Origin: Candidatus Nanopelagicales bacterium
Lineage (GTDB): Bacteria; Actinomycetota; Actinomycetes; S36-B12
Reading direction: 5' to 3'
Length of the DNA: 64,000 nt
Assembly: GCA_030726915.1 (NCBI GenBank)
Contig: JANRCR010000044.1
Location: 354 to 64,353 of the forward strand
Made by a program: the position numbers and the translations under genes. The number at the start of each line of letters is the position of its first letter. Position 1 is the stretch's first letter. The notes beneath the pieces are model-generated. The model had not been told where the DNA came from. It saw only the letters and a list, made by a program, of their open reading frames with translations, and made no database searches. Of this stretch, positions 10,544 to 20,695 are shown piece by piece.

Positions 10544-11404
10544 ATGCCGCCCGAGGTGAGTGCACGCGTCCGTGCACTGCTCGCGGGTGAGTGGCTGGCT
10601 CCCTCCCTGCGGGACGCGACCACCGTCATCCTCCTTCGCGAGCGTGAGACGCTGGAGACCTACCTCATGCGCCGGGCTTCGACCATGGCCTTTGCCGCCG
10701 GCATGCACGTCTTTCCCGGAGGTCGTGTCGATGAGGTTGACCTCGCGCCGGACCTGCCCTGGGTGAATCGCACGATTGATGGTGCCCGGATGACGGCCTC
10801 GATCGCACTCGCGCGTGGCCTTATCGTGTGCGCCGTCCGTGAACTTTTCGAGGAGACCGGTGTCCTCCTCGCCGTGGATAGCGATGGGAACACCCCCCGT
10901 GAGGACTCCGCTTGGGAGAACGACCGGTTGGCCATTAATGGCTCCAGTGGTGCCCTCGGCCCCATCCTTCGACGCCGTGGCCTGAGGCTTGATCCGCAGT
11001 TGCTCCCCCTGTGGACCCACTGGGTCACCCCTGAGGTCGAGTCCCGTCGCTACAACGTGCGCTTTTTTGTCGCGGCGGTCCCCCCGGGCCAGCAGGCACG
11101 GGACGTCAGCGGTGAGGCAGATGACGTCCGCTGGATACCGCCCGCGGATGCTCTCGCGGCGTACGGACAGGGGAGCCTGCCCATGCTCCCTCCCACGGTC
11201 GCGACACTGGCTGATCTCACGGGTATGCCTGACATCAAGGGTGTGATGGCTGCCGCTGCCCTGCGCGATGTGCGCCCGCTCATGCCACGGCCGCGACTGG
11301 ATTCGCAGGGAGAGATCGCGTGGGACGTCATCGATGTGCGCGACGGCAGCGTGATGGTCAGTCTCCCCGCGGAGCCGGCTGGTTCGGAGGTGGCAGGCGC
11401 ATGA
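10544..11404 (+). CDS. Nudix hydrolase
   Basis: 286 aa with Nudix-box elements FPGGRVDE ... AVRELFEETGVLL. Confidence 0.8.
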   Translation: MPPEVSARVRALLAGEWLAPSLRDATTVILLRERETLETYLMRRASTMAFAAGMHVFPGGRVDEVDLAPDLPWVNRTIDGARMTASIALARGLIVCAVRELFEETGVLLAVDSDGNTPREDSAWENDRLAINGSSGALGPILRRRGLRLDPQLLPLWTHWVTPEVESRRYNVRFFVAAVPPGQQARDVSGEADDVRWIPPADALAAYGQGSLPMLPPTVATLADLTGMPDIKGVMAAAALRDVRPLMPRPRLDSQGEIAWDVIDVRDGSVMVSLPAEPAGSEVAGA

Positions 11405-12216
11405 GTGGACTGCCCGTGGTGGGGTCCAATGAACCCTGGACCGGTGGGTTGTACAGCGATGGCGTGACCTGCGTGCTGGCACCCAATCCGAGCCCCATGA
11501 CTCTCGACGGCACCAATACCTGGATCGTGGGTGATCCCACGTCGGGCACGATCGTCATCGATCCCGGCCCTGATCACCGAGGCCACCTTGAGGCCGTCAT
11601 TGCTGCGGCGGGGGGTCGGATCCGCCACATCCTGCTCACACACGGCCACCCCGATCATGCGGAGGGAGCGCGGTCCCTGCACGACATGACGGGGGCGCCG
11701 GTCCGCGCCTTGGACATGCGTCATGTGCTGGGAGGGGAGGGACTTCATGCGGATGATGTCGTGGCCATCGGTGAGGACTCCGTGCACGTCATCGCAACAC
11801 CGGGTCACACCACCGACTGCCTTAGTTTTTACCTCGCCCGAGACGGTGTCCTCGTCACCGGAGACACCATCCTGGGTCGCGGCACCACGGTCGTGGCCTG
11901 GCCTGACGGAGACCTCGGCGACTACCTTGCGTCGCTGGCTGCTCTGCGTGCGCGTGCCAGCACGACGGCGGCCGTGGCCATCCTCCCGGGCCACGGACCT
12001 GTCCTGCGAGATCCGGTCCGGGTGATCGACGCCTATCTGGAGCATCGCCACGCCCGATTGGAGCAGGTTCGGCAGGCGTGGATGGGGGGCGCTCGGACAC
12101 CGGACGAGGTGGTGGACGTGGTTTACACCGACATCCCCGACACGGTGCGCTGGGCGGCACTGCTATCGACCCGAGCGCAGTTGGCTTACCTCGACGTGTC
12201 GTCCCAGCAGAGTTAG
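11401..12216 (+). CDS. MBL-fold metallo-hydrolase
   Basis: ATG 11401 overlaps the preceding stop (ATGA). Has HxHxDH motif LLTHGHPDHAEG and a downstream TPGHT. Confidence 0.85.
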   Translation: MSGLPVVGSNEPWTGGLYSDGVTCVLAPNPSPMTLDGTNTWIVGDPTSGTIVIDPGPDHRGHLEAVIAAAGGRIRHILLTHGHPDHAEGARSLHDMTGAPVRALDMRHVLGGEGLHADDVVAIGEDSVHVIATPGHTTDCLSFYLARDGVLVTGDTILGRGTTVVAWPDGDLGDYLASLAALRARASTTAAVAILPGHGPVLRDPVRVIDAYLEHRHARLEQVRQAWMGGARTPDEVVDVVYTDIPDTVRWAALLSTRAQLAYLDVSSQQS

Positions 12217-12902
12217 CGCGCTCGCCGAGCGAGACGCTCCATATCGATCAGGAGGACCTGCCGCTGATCGACCTCCACCCAGCCGCGTTGGGTGAAGTCA
12301 GCCAGTGCCTTGTTGACCGTCTCGCGCGAAGCACCGACGAGTTGTGCCAACTCTTCCTGGGTGAGGTCATGGTGCACCAGCACGCCGTCAGGTCCCGGCT
12401 GGCCGAACTTGTCGGCAAGGTCCAGGAGCTGCTTGGCCACCCGACCCGGCACATCGGAGAAGACGAGGTCGGCGAGTGCCTCATTGGTACGACGTAGCCG
12501 CTGCGCGAGGGCCTGGAGGAGGGACTCGGCGACCTCGGGCCGACCGGTGAGCCAGGGGCGCAGATCGGCGTGGCCGAGACCCACCACCACGGTGTCGGTC
12601 ACCGCCGTGGCCGTGGCCGTCCGGGGTCCTGGGTCAAAGAGGGAGAGTTCGCCGAAGACCTCACCCGGGCCGAGCACGGCCAGGAGGGACTCGCGACCGT
12701 CCGGAGAGGTATGGCCAAGTTTGACCTTCCCGTCCAGGACGACGTACATCCGCTCACCTGCTTCGCCCTCGGCGAAGATGATCCCTCCGCGCTGGACCCG
12801 CATTTCGGCCATGGAGGCACGCAGGGCAACTGCAGCCTCGGCATCGAGTGCCGAGAAGAGCGGTGCCTGCATGAGTGCGTCGTCCACGGATCCTCCTTGC
12901 AT
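12213..12902 (-). CDS. crp: Crp/Fnr family transcriptional regulator (cAMP receptor protein, Rv3676/GlxR-like)
   Basis: cNMP-binding domain ([16 protein letters not shown]) plus a C-terminal HTH ([13 protein letters not shown]). Long stretches are identical to remembered mycobacterial CRP. Confidence 0.92.
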   Translation of the reverse strand: MQGGSVDDALMQAPLFSALDAEAAVALRASMAEMRVQRGGIIFAEGEAGERMYVVLDGKVKLGHTSPDGRESLLAVLGPGEVFGELSLFDPGPRTATATAVTDTVVVGLGHADLRPWLTGRPEVAESLLQALAQRLRRTNEALADLVFSDVPGRVAKQLLDLADKFGQPGPDGVLVHHDLTQEELAQLVGASRETVNKALADFTQRGWVEVDQRQVLLIDMERLARRAR

Positions 12903-12997
12903 CCAGTGTGACGTATCGAGACCCCGGGGGCCCGCGCAGGTGGGGCGTGGCGCTCACTGTTTATCCGTTGGTCATCGAAGAGACGTACCCTGGCCGA

Positions 12998-13705
12998 ATG
13001 TCCCTCGACGATGCTCGTCGCGCAGCCACGGTGCGGCGTGCACGTCGAATGGATCGGATCCTGGCCACGACCTATCCCGATGCCCGCTGCGAACTTGACT
13101 TTGCTTCGCCCCTGGAGCTCCTCGTCGCCACCGTCCTATCAGCCCAGTGCACGGATCAGCGGGTCAACGCTGTGACGCCCGCATTGTTCGCCCGCTATCC
13201 CGATGCCGCCGCCTATGCGAGCGCTGACCGTGAAGAGATCGAGGCGTTGATCCAGCCGACCGGTTTCTTCCGGGCCAAGGCTGCCAACCTGCAGGGTCTC
13301 GCTCAGGTGCTGTGCGATCGATTCGGCGGCGAGGTGCCCGAGTCCCTTGAGGACTTGATCACCCTCCCCGGGGTGGGACGCAAGACGGCAAACGTCGTCC
13401 TGGGCGATGCCTTCGGCGTGCCGGGGGTCACTGTGGATACACATGTCGGTCGCCTCGCTCGTCGCTTTGCGTGGTCTGAGCACAGCGATCCTGAGCGAGT
13501 TGAGACCGATCTCATGGGACTCTTCCCACGCAAGGACTGGACACCGTTGTCGCATCGAATGATCTGGCACGGTCGACGTATGTGCCATGCGCGGCGACCC
13601 GCGTGCGGCGTGTGTCCCCTTGCCCAGCAGTGCCCATCCTTTGGTGAGGGGCCGACGGACCCGATCGAGGCGCAGCGACTGGTCCGGACGGAGGGACGTC
13701 GATGA
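12998..13705 (+). CDS. nth: endonuclease III
   Basis: ATG 12998. Has HhH-GPD ([16 protein letters not shown]) and the Fe-S cluster loop [17 protein letters not shown] (C-X6-C-X2-C-X5-C). Confidence 0.92.
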   Translation: MSLDDARRAATVRRARRMDRILATTYPDARCELDFASPLELLVATVLSAQCTDQRVNAVTPALFARYPDAAAYASADREEIEALIQPTGFFRAKAANLQGLAQVLCDRFGGEVPESLEDLITLPGVGRKTANVVLGDAFGVPGVTVDTHVGRLARRFAWSEHSDPERVETDLMGLFPRKDWTPLSHRMIWHGRRMCHARRPACGVCPLAQQCPSFGEGPTDPIEAQRLVRTEGRR

Positions 13706-14400
13706 CCTCACGGGATGCGGATGTCGGTTGGAGCGTCCCCGGGGTGCACTTGCCCGCGTGGCTCGCGCCGGTGGCGACGTCTGTCTCGGGTGTACGTGGA
13801 TCCGACCTCACTCGATTCGTGCCACCTCCCCAGGGTGGACGCCCGGCGGCCGTCCTCATGCTGCTCGGTGAAGGACCGCAGGGTCCCGATCTGCTGTTGA
13901 TCGAGCGTGCTCACACGATGCGTTCCCACGCGGGACAACCCGCCTTTCCCGGCGGGGCTGTCGAGGTGGCGGACGCAAGCCCAACCGCGGCTGCTCTGCG
14001 CGAAGCGCAGGAGGAGACGGGCCTTGAGCCCGGGGGCGTGCAGCCCTTTGCACTGCTGCCCGATCTGTGGGTCCCGGTGAGCGACTTCATCGTGACCCCT
14101 GTGCTCGCCTGGTGGCGTGACCCCTCACCCGTGCACGCGGCAGATGCCACCGAGGTGGCCAGTGTGCACCGCGTCCCCATCGCACACCTGGTGGATCCCG
14201 AGCGACGCATGCGCGTGCGCCATCCCTCGGGTTACGTCGGACTGGGCTTTGATGTCGCCGGGCTTCGGGTGTGGGGATTCACCGCCGGTCTGATCTCCGG
14301 ATTGCTCGACATCGCTGGATGGAGCCGGCCGTGGGATGACACCCGCATCGTTGACCTGGACGGTGATGCTGATCCTGGCAGTGTGGGGATCATTCGGTGA
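13702..14400 (+). CDS. Nudix hydrolase (CoA pyrophosphatase-like)
   Basis: 232 aa with Nudix box [31 protein letters not shown] overlap with nth. Confidence 0.8.
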   Translation: MTSRDADVGWSVPGVHLPAWLAPVATSVSGVRGSDLTRFVPPPQGGRPAAVLMLLGEGPQGPDLLLIERAHTMRSHAGQPAFPGGAVEVADASPTAAALREAQEETGLEPGGVQPFALLPDLWVPVSDFIVTPVLAWWRDPSPVHAADATEVASVHRVPIAHLVDPERRMRVRHPSGYVGLGFDVAGLRVWGFTAGLISGLLDIAGWSRPWDDTRIVDLDGDADPGSVGIIR

Positions 14401-14413
14401 CGAGGATCCTGGC

Positions 14414-15595
14414 GTGAACGTCGTCGATGCGGTGGTCATCGCAGCCGCCGTAGTTTTTGCCTGGTCGGGATGGCGGCAGGGTTTCGTGGCGGGCCTTTTT
14501 TCCTTCGTCGGCTTCCTTGTCGGCGGCCTGGGTGCAGCACTCCTCCTGCCAGGACTTATCGAAGGTCTTGACCTCCCGGGTGTGGCGGGTGCGGTGGGTC
14601 TCGCGATGGGGATCCTCGTGGCTGCCCTGGTGGGGCAGACCCTGTCATCGCTCGTCGGTCGACGACTCCGATCTGGACTCAACGTGCGAGGACTTCAGGT
14701 CGCTGACAGCGCTGCGGGAGCCGCACTCAATCTCGCTGCGCTCGGTGTCGTGCTCTGGATTGTCGCGACGGCGGTCGGTCTCGTGCCTGCTCTGCCGGTG
14801 GCTCGTGAGGTGCGCTCATCCTTGGTGCTGCGCACGATTGACAGTGCGGTCCCGGATGCAGCCCGTGATGTGCTGTCGGGACTGCGCGATGCCGTTGATG
14901 CATCCGGTCTGCCACGGGTCTTCTCTGGATTTGGGCAGTACGCCGGACCCGAGGTGCCGCCTCCCAATGATGAGTTGCTCCGTGATCCGGCTGTCCGTGC
15001 GGCATGGCCCTCCCTGACCAAGGTCACGACGGTGGCCTGTGACGCTGTCGTCACCGGGTCGGGCTTCGTCTACGCGCCAGATCGGGTGCTCACCAATGCG
15101 CATGTGGTCGCCGGATCCAGCGCGCCAACGATCCGTATCCCAGGCGATCCCAACGTGTATGACGCCACGATTGTCGCTATTGATCCGCGTATCGACCTGG
15201 CAGTGCTTCGTGTCGACGGATTGCCGGCTCCGCCCCTGCGTTTTGCCAGCCGCACAGCCGAGACGGGTGACGGGGCTGTGGTCGCAGGCTTCCCCGGTGG
15301 CGGTGACCTGGTCGCGACGTCCGCCCGCATCCGAGCGCGTGTCGATGCACGAGGTGAAGACATCTATGGCCGCTCGGGCGTGGTGCGCGATGTCTACTCG
15401 TTCCGGGGGACCGTGGTGCCGGGCAATTCGGGAGGACCGCTCCTCGCGCCCAGCGGTCGGGTCTACGGCATTGTCTTTGCCGCGGGCCTCGGCGAGCCGG
15501 AAGCCGGCTATGCGATCACGGCCCAGCAGGCAGCGGCCATCTCCGCGGAGGGCGTGCGGGCCGTCGAACCGACTAACTCAGGAGCATGTCGATGA
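14414..15595 (+). CDS. marP: membrane-associated trypsin-like serine protease MarP (CvpA-like TM domain + S1C protease)
   Basis: N-terminal TM helices, then catalytic-triad contexts TNAHVVAG, DLAVLRV and GNSGGPLL. Colinear with remembered Rv3671c. Start taken as in-frame GTG 14414; 14336 and 14366 are alternatives. Confidence 0.85.
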   Translation: MNVVDAVVIAAAVVFAWSGWRQGFVAGLFSFVGFLVGGLGAALLLPGLIEGLDLPGVAGAVGLAMGILVAALVGQTLSSLVGRRLRSGLNVRGLQVADSAAGAALNLAALGVVLWIVATAVGLVPALPVAREVRSSLVLRTIDSAVPDAARDVLSGLRDAVDASGLPRVFSGFGQYAGPEVPPPNDELLRDPAVRAAWPSLTKVTTVACDAVVTGSGFVYAPDRVLTNAHVVAGSSAPTIRIPGDPNVYDATIVAIDPRIDLAVLRVDGLPAPPLRFASRTAETGDGAVVAGFPGGGDLVATSARIRARVDARGEDIYGRSGVVRDVYSFRGTVVPGNSGGPLLAPSGRVYGIVFAAGLGEPEAGYAITAQQAAAISAEGVRAVEPTNSGACR

Positions 15596-15938
15596 GTGCG
15601 CGCACATCATCGCTGAGCGGATCGGCGTACGCCGTGATGGTGACGCGAGCGCGCTCGGATAGGCGCCGGTGTCCCTCCTCATTGCCTCGGGCCGCGTGTG
15701 TCAGACCAGCCGCTGCTTGAGCCAAGCCCTGCCAGAGGGGTCGTTCATGGGCCGGACAGCAGCGCCAACGCATCTCAAGCACCTCATGGGCGTGAAAGGG
15801 CAGTCCCCGGTCGAGATAGGCGCGGGCTTCGGCGATGGCCTGTCCCGCTGAGATCTCGGCGCGTTGCTCAACGCCGGGGAAGCCTTCGCCATCCCAGGGG
15901 AGTGGCCGACCGAGCCGGTCGCGTGGTCGCTCAGGCAC
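15573..15938 (-). CDS. DUF309-like protein
   Basis: Only the C-terminal ~121 codons of track ORF 15573-16418 look protein-like (…AYLDRGLPFHAHEVLEMRW…PLWQGLAQAAAGLTHAARGN…). GTG 15938 overlaps the upstream stop by 8 nt; the rest of that ORF overlaps the hydrolase gene. Confidence 0.55.
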   Translation of the reverse strand: MPERPRDRLGRPLPWDGEGFPGVEQRAEISAGQAIAEARAYLDRGLPFHAHEVLEMRWRCCPAHERPLWQGLAQAAAGLTHAARGNEEGHRRLSERARVTITAYADPLSDDVRALIDMLLS

Positions 15939-16860
15939 CGTAGGGTCCGCGGGGACCCGCCAGCCAGGCCAGGACGACGGCGTCGAACTGTTCCGGTGCC
16001 TCCTCCTGCGGGAAGTGCCCGACGTCGTCGAGAACGCAGAATTCGTAGGAGTCCGGGACCCAATCACCGGATCCCTCAGCACTGCGCAGCAGGACGGAGG
16101 GGTCCTGCGCCCCATGAATGTGTAGGACGGGAATGTCGATGGGCGTGTCCATCCGACTCGCATAGCGGACCCCATCGGTGCGGACGAGCGAGCGCAGTGC
16201 CCAGCGGTGGTATTCGACGGCGCAGTGGGCTGTGGGCCACAGGGCGAACGCGGACCGATAGACCAGGGCAGTCTCGTCATCTGGCCACCCGGGTGTCGCG
16301 GACCAGTCGCGCAGGATCTCGCCCACGCGCGCACAGTCGTCCTCCTGCAGGAACTTCTCGGGCAGGAAGGGCCACTGGAACCCCACGGCGTAGAGCGCCT
16401 GCTTGCGCTGAATCGCATCGCGGATCACCGCCCGCCGGAAGCGGCGAGGATGGGGCATGGAGACCGGGACGATGCCGTCGACCACGTCGGGGTCCAGCAC
16501 GGCCATGCTCCAGGCAATGAGGCCACCCCAACCCTGACCGATGACGACGGCGGAGGGCTCGCCGAGGCTGCGGATGACTGCGGCAACATCGCGGGACAGG
16601 GTCATCGGGTCATAGCCGTGCGGGGTGTGGTCGGATCCGCCGTAGCCGCGCAGGTCCATCGCTACGACGTGGTAGCCCGCATCAGCGAAAGTGCGAAGTT
16701 GATGCCGCCACGCCCACCAGAAGGTGGGGAAGCCGTGCAGGAAGACGATCAGCGGACCCTCGCCAGCCTCCACGATGTGGAAGCGGGCACCGTTGGCGAA
16801 GACCTCGCGATGTTTCCACGGGCCCGGTGCCTGGATGACGCTGTCGGACTCGAGGAGCAC
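15931..16860 (-). CDS. alpha/beta hydrolase, epoxide-hydrolase-like (EphE position), nucleophile motif degenerate
   Basis: 309 aa with oxyanion motif HGFPTFWWAWRHQ, acid HGAQDPS and C-terminal VGHFPQEEAP. The elbow reads GQGWGG instead of the GHDWGG expected for epoxide hydrolases. Confidence 0.85.
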   Translation of the reverse strand: MLLESDSVIQAPGPWKHREVFANGARFHIVEAGEGPLIVFLHGFPTFWWAWRHQLRTFADAGYHVVAMDLRGYGGSDHTPHGYDPMTLSRDVAAVIRSLGEPSAVVIGQGWGGLIAWSMAVLDPDVVDGIVPVSMPHPRRFRRAVIRDAIQRKQALYAVGFQWPFLPEKFLQEDDCARVGEILRDWSATPGWPDDETALVYRSAFALWPTAHCAVEYHRWALRSLVRTDGVRYASRMDTPIDIPVLHIHGAQDPSVLLRSAEGSGDWVPDSYEFCVLDDVGHFPQEEAPEQFDAVVLAWLAGPRGPYGA

Positions 16861-16866
16861 GGAGCG

Positions 16867-17292
16867 TCAGCGCTCAGGCAGTGCGGGTGACTCGTTGCCG
16901 TCGACGGCGCCCTGGAGTGCCGACTTTGTCTTCTCAATCTCCGCGACGGTGCGTTCCGGACCCTTGATCTGGGCTGCGGCCTTCTTGCCGAAGAGCCCGA
17001 GGACGACCGCGATAAGAAAGAGCACGAGGGTGACGATCCCGAAGCCGGCCCACACCGGCAACCAGATGGCGATGACGTAGGCGAGTGTGACGAGCAGGAA
17101 TAGGCCGCCAACTCCGGCCATGGATAGGGCGCCGACGATGAAGATGCTGGTCTTGCCAGCCGCCCGCCCGGACTGCTGCAACTCAAGCTTGGCCAAGGCC
17201 ACCTGGGCCTTGATGAGGCGTTGAAGGTCCGTGACAGCCGCGGCGATCAGGGCCTTGATGGGGGCATCCCCACCGGGGGTCAGGTCCGTCAT
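16867..17292 (-). CDS. small two-TM membrane protein (actinobacterial Holin-X / phage_holin_3_6-like family)
   Basis: 141 aa with an amphipathic N-terminus, two hydrophobic helices and a charged C-terminus. Matches the position of Rv3669 as remembered. Confidence 0.55.
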   Translation of the reverse strand: MTDLTPGGDAPIKALIAAAVTDLQRLIKAQVALAKLELQQSGRAAGKTSIFIVGALSMAGVGGLFLLVTLAYVIAIWLPVWAGFGIVTLVLFLIAVVLGLFGKKAAAQIKGPERTVAEIEKTKSALQGAVDGNESPALPER

Positions 17293-17326
17293 CTCACGTC
17301 TCCTTAACTAACAGTCCTGAGGAAGG

Positions 17327-18643
17327 CTAGTGGGTCGCCCGGCCGTCCGTGTCGCCTTCCCCATCGCCAGTGGCCTGGTAGACGTCAGGGATGCCGTCCA
17401 TATTGGCGTCCGCCTCCTCGACGACGGCCTGCTGGCGGTAGTGGCGATTGCGAGTGACCAAGACGACGGAGGCCAGGAGCGCGGCGCCCACCGAGGCCGT
17501 GAAGACGGCCACCTTCGCGGCGTCGAGCAGAGCGGAATCGCCGGTGTAGGCCAATTCGGTGATGAGGAGCGCGACGGTGAAGCCGATTCCGGCAAGGAGT
17601 CCGATGGCGAGGATGTCGCGCCAGCCGATTGCCGGATTCAGGGTCGCCCTCGTGAAGCGAGCGACAATCCAGGCCGTGCCGACAATCCCGATGGGTTTGC
17701 CGACGATGAGCCCGATGAGTATCCCGATGGCGACGGGATTCATGAGTGGCTCGATGAGACCGGATGAACGTAGGTCCACACCGGCGGCGAAGAAGGCAAA
17801 GAGTGGGACACACAGTCCAGCGCTGAGGGGAAGCAGCATGCGCAGGAGGCGGTCGACGGGTGACTCGGCCTCACCAGGGTCGGTCGTTGCTCGGGTAAGT
17901 AGCGCGAGAGCGACCCCGGCAACGGTCGCATGGACACCGCTCTCGTGCATGGCCCACCAGATGATGAGGACGAGAGGGACGTAGATGAGCGGGCTACGCA
18001 CACGTCTGCGCTGAAGTAACCAGTAGAGAGCGAGCAAAACGACCGCGAGGAGGAAGTAGGCGAGGGAAAATCCCTTGGAGTAAAAGATGGCGATGATCGT
18101 GATCGCGCCTAGGTCGTCGACGACCGCCAGGGTGAGCAGGAAGGCACGGAGTGCGACGGGCAGCCTGCGACCCACGACCGCGAGGACAGCGAGAGCAAAG
18201 GCAATGTCGGTCGCCATCGGGATGGCCCAGCCCTTGAGTGCGCCAGCCTCATCAGATTGAGCCACGATGATGACAAAGATGATGGCCGGCACCGCCATGC
18301 CCCCAAGAGCGGCGGCAATGGGGACCGCTGCCTGCGCTGGCTTCGAGAGCGTGCCATGGACGAACTCATGCTTGAGTTCAAGTCCGGCGACAAAGAAGAA
18401 GACGGCGAGGAGACCGTCGGCGGCCCATGTCGCCAGACTCAGGTTGAGCCCCAGAGCCTCGGGGCCGACCGTGATGGCACCGAGGTCGAAGTAGGCATCC
18501 CCCCAGGGGGAGTTGGCCCAGATGAGGGCGATGACGGCGGCGATCAGCAGGAGGACCCCGCCGATGGTCTCGCCGCGCAGTGCGCGCAGGAGCCAGACGC
18601 GCTCGGACAGGCTCGGTCGCTCGAAGATCTCGTGCGTGGTCAC
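17327..18643 (-). CDS. nhaA: Na+/H+ antiporter NhaA
   Basis: 438 aa, polytopic. NhaA-like N-terminus (…LRGETIGGVLLLIAAVIALIWANSPW…) and paired Asp in VVDDLGAI. Confidence 0.9.
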   Translation of the reverse strand: MTTHEIFERPSLSERVWLLRALRGETIGGVLLLIAAVIALIWANSPWGDAYFDLGAITVGPEALGLNLSLATWAADGLLAVFFFVAGLELKHEFVHGTLSKPAQAAVPIAAALGGMAVPAIIFVIIVAQSDEAGALKGWAIPMATDIAFALAVLAVVGRRLPVALRAFLLTLAVVDDLGAITIIAIFYSKGFSLAYFLLAVVLLALYWLLQRRRVRSPLIYVPLVLIIWWAMHESGVHATVAGVALALLTRATTDPGEAESPVDRLLRMLLPLSAGLCVPLFAFFAAGVDLRSSGLIEPLMNPVAIGILIGLIVGKPIGIVGTAWIVARFTRATLNPAIGWRDILAIGLLAGIGFTVALLITELAYTGDSALLDAAKVAVFTASVGAALLASVVLVTRNRHYRQQAVVEEADANMDGIPDVYQATGDGEGDTDGRATH

Positions 18644-18727
18644 GGTGGCTCCTCGGATCCATGGCAGGTGTCATCGACACGCCGACCAGGCTTCCCGGCA
18701 CACCAGTGGGGAGTCTATCGGGTCGGA

Positions 18728-20695
18728 TCAGTCCTCGCCCGTGCTGCTTTCCAGTCCTGTGGCGATGAGATGCATGACCTGGGGATCAGCGAGGGTCGTG
18801 ACATCGCCCAGGGAGCGGTGCTCAGCAACATCCCTCAGGAGGCGCCTCATGATCTTGCCTGATCGCGTCTTGGGTAGCTCGTTGACGATCATGATCTGTC
18901 GAGGCTTGGCGATCGGTCCGATCTCATGGGCCACGTGATTGCGCAGAGTGGTGATGAATTCGGTGCCGTCCGATCCTTCATCGACCCCACCTCGCAGGAT
19001 GACAAAGGCGACGATCCCCTGACCGGTGACGTCGTCAGCAGCACCGACGACGGCAGCCTCCGCCACGCTCGGATGGGACACCAGGGCGGACTCAACCTCC
19101 GTGGTGGAAATGCGGTGACCGGAGACATTCATGACGTCGTCGACTCGCCCGAGGAGCCAGATGGCGCCATCAAAGTCGAGCTTGGCTCCGTCACCGGCGA
19201 AGTAGTACTGAGGCCAGCGTGACCAGTACGTCTCCACGTAGCGTTCGTTGTCCCCCCAGATGCCCCGCAGCATCGCGGGCCACGGCTCGGTGAGCACGAG
19301 ATAGCCACCGTGGCCGAACTCAACCGGATGGCCCTCATCATCGACGACGGCTGCACCGATGCCGGGAAGGGGACCCATCGCGGAGCCGGGCTTCGTCGCG
19401 GTGATCCCGGGCAGCGGGCTAATCATGATGGCGCCCGTCTCTGTCTGCCACCACGTGTCCACGATGGGGCATCTGTCGTCTCCGATGACGTCGCGGTACC
19501 ACATCCACGCCTCAGGGTTGATGGGCTCGCCGACGCTGCCGAGCAGGCGCAGTGACGACAGGTCGTGCTGCTGCGGAAACTCCGTGCCCCACTTCATGAA
19601 GGTGCGGATCGCTGTCGGAGCGGTGTAGAAGATGGTGACGCCGTACTTCGCCACAATCTCCCAGAAGCGCCCCTTGTGTGGCGTATCCGGGGTGCCCTCG
19701 TAGATCACCTGGGTGACGCGATTGGAGAGCGGTCCGTAGACGATGTAACTGTGCCCGGTGACCCACCCGACGTCCGCCGTGCACCAGTAGATGTCGGTAT
19801 CAGGTTTGAGATCAAAAACATTCCAGTGTGTTGAGGACACCTGCGTGAGGTAGCCCCCACTGGTGTGCAGGATCCCCTTGGGCTGCCCGGTCGTGCCTGA
19901 GGTGTAGAGGATGAAGAGCGGATGCTCACTGTCAAAGGACTCCGGCGTGTGCTGATCCGATTGGCGCTCGACAATGTCATGCCACCAGACATCACGCCCC
20001 GCCTGCATTGTCACGTCAGCACCCGTCCGTCGTACGACGAGGACATGCGTGACGCTGGGGGCCTGCTCAAGTGCTTCGTCAACAGCGGGCTTGAGGGCCA
20101 TGGCGGACCCGCGGCGAAATTGCCCGTCGGAGGTGATGACCACTGTGGCCTCGGCGTCATTGATGCGAGAGCGCAGCGCTTCGGCGGAAAAACCAGCAAA
20201 AACAACGGAGTGTGGGGCGCCGATCCGGGCGCAGGCGAGCATCGCCACGACGGCCTCGGGAATCATCGGCAGGTAGATCGCCACTCGGTCACCAGCAACG
20301 ACGCCCAACTCAGTGAGTGCATGGGCTGCCTGGCTCACCTCACGTTGGAGATCGGCGTACGTCAGGTCACGTGTGTCGCCGGGCTCGCCCTCGAAGTGCA
20401 CAGCGATCTGATCACCGAAGCCCGCCTCGACATGGCGATCGACACAGTTGTAGGACACGTTGAGTCGACCATCCACGAACCACCGGGCGAAGGGAGCGTT
20501 GGACCAGTCAAGAACCTCGGTCCAGGGCGAGTCCCAGTCCAGCCGCTGAGCCTGGGTCGCCCAGAAGGCCAGGCGATCCTCGTCGGCCTCCTGATAGATC
20601 GAGGGTTGGGCGTTGGCCGCGGCTGCACCTTCGAGACTGGGCGGGAATGTGCGGTCCTCCCGCAAGAGATTTTCTAGTGCCTCGTCGTCCGACAC
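18728..20695 (-). CDS. acs: acetyl-CoA synthetase
   Basis: 655 aa with AMP-binding motif YTSGTTGQPKG, WWQTETG and the C-terminal PKTRSGKIMRR. Confidence 0.95.
   Translation of the reverse strand: MSDDEALENLLREDRTFPPSLEGAAAANAQPSIYQEADEDRLAFWATQAQRLDWDSPWTEVLDWSNAPFARWFVDGRLNVSYNCVDRHVEAGFGDQIAVHFEGEPGDTRDLTYADLQREVSQAAHALTELGVVAGDRVAIYLPMIPEAVVAMLACARIGAPHSVVFAGFSAEALRSRINDAEATVVITSDGQFRRGSAMALKPAVDEALEQAPSVTHVLVVRRTGADVTMQAGRDVWWHDIVERQSDQHTPESFDSEHPLFILYTSGTTGQPKGILHTSGGYLTQVSSTHWNVFDLKPDTDIYWCTADVGWVTGHSYIVYGPLSNRVTQVIYEGTPDTPHKGRFWEIVAKYGVTIFYTAPTAIRTFMKWGTEFPQQHDLSSLRLLGSVGEPINPEAWMWYRDVIGDDRCPIVDTWWQTETGAIMISPLPGITATKPGSAMGPLPGIGAAVVDDEGHPVEFGHGGYLVLTEPWPAMLRGIWGDNERYVETYWSRWPQYYFAGDGAKLDFDGAIWLLGRVDDVMNVSGHRISTTEVESALVSHPSVAEAAVVGAADDVTGQGIVAFVILRGGVDEGSDGTEFITTLRNHVAHEIGPIAKPRQIMIVNELPKTRSGKIMRRLLRDVAEHRSLGDVTTLADPQVMHLIATGLESSTGED

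Noticed and set aside
12907-12922. TGTGACGTATCGAGAC in the crp/nth divergent spacer, considered as a Crp autoregulatory site.
   Set aside because: Only the left half-site matches. The right half (GAGAC) shares 0 of 5 positions with TCACA and lacks the CAC core at the correct spacing.
15939-16418. The N-terminal 160 codons of track ORF 15573-16418(-), read as part of a 281-aa protein.
   Set aside because: This part fully overlaps the well-supported alpha/beta hydrolase gene 15931-16860 in another frame and is Pro/Arg/Ser-rich. Only the C-terminal DUF309-like part, from GTG 15938, looks genuine.
16867-17292. The Holin-X-like membrane protein, considered as evidence of a prophage or lysis cassette.
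   Set aside because: No endolysin, terminase, capsid, integrase or att-like repeats are nearby. The gene occupies a conserved chromosomal position (Rv3669-like) between ephE-like and nhaA/acs.
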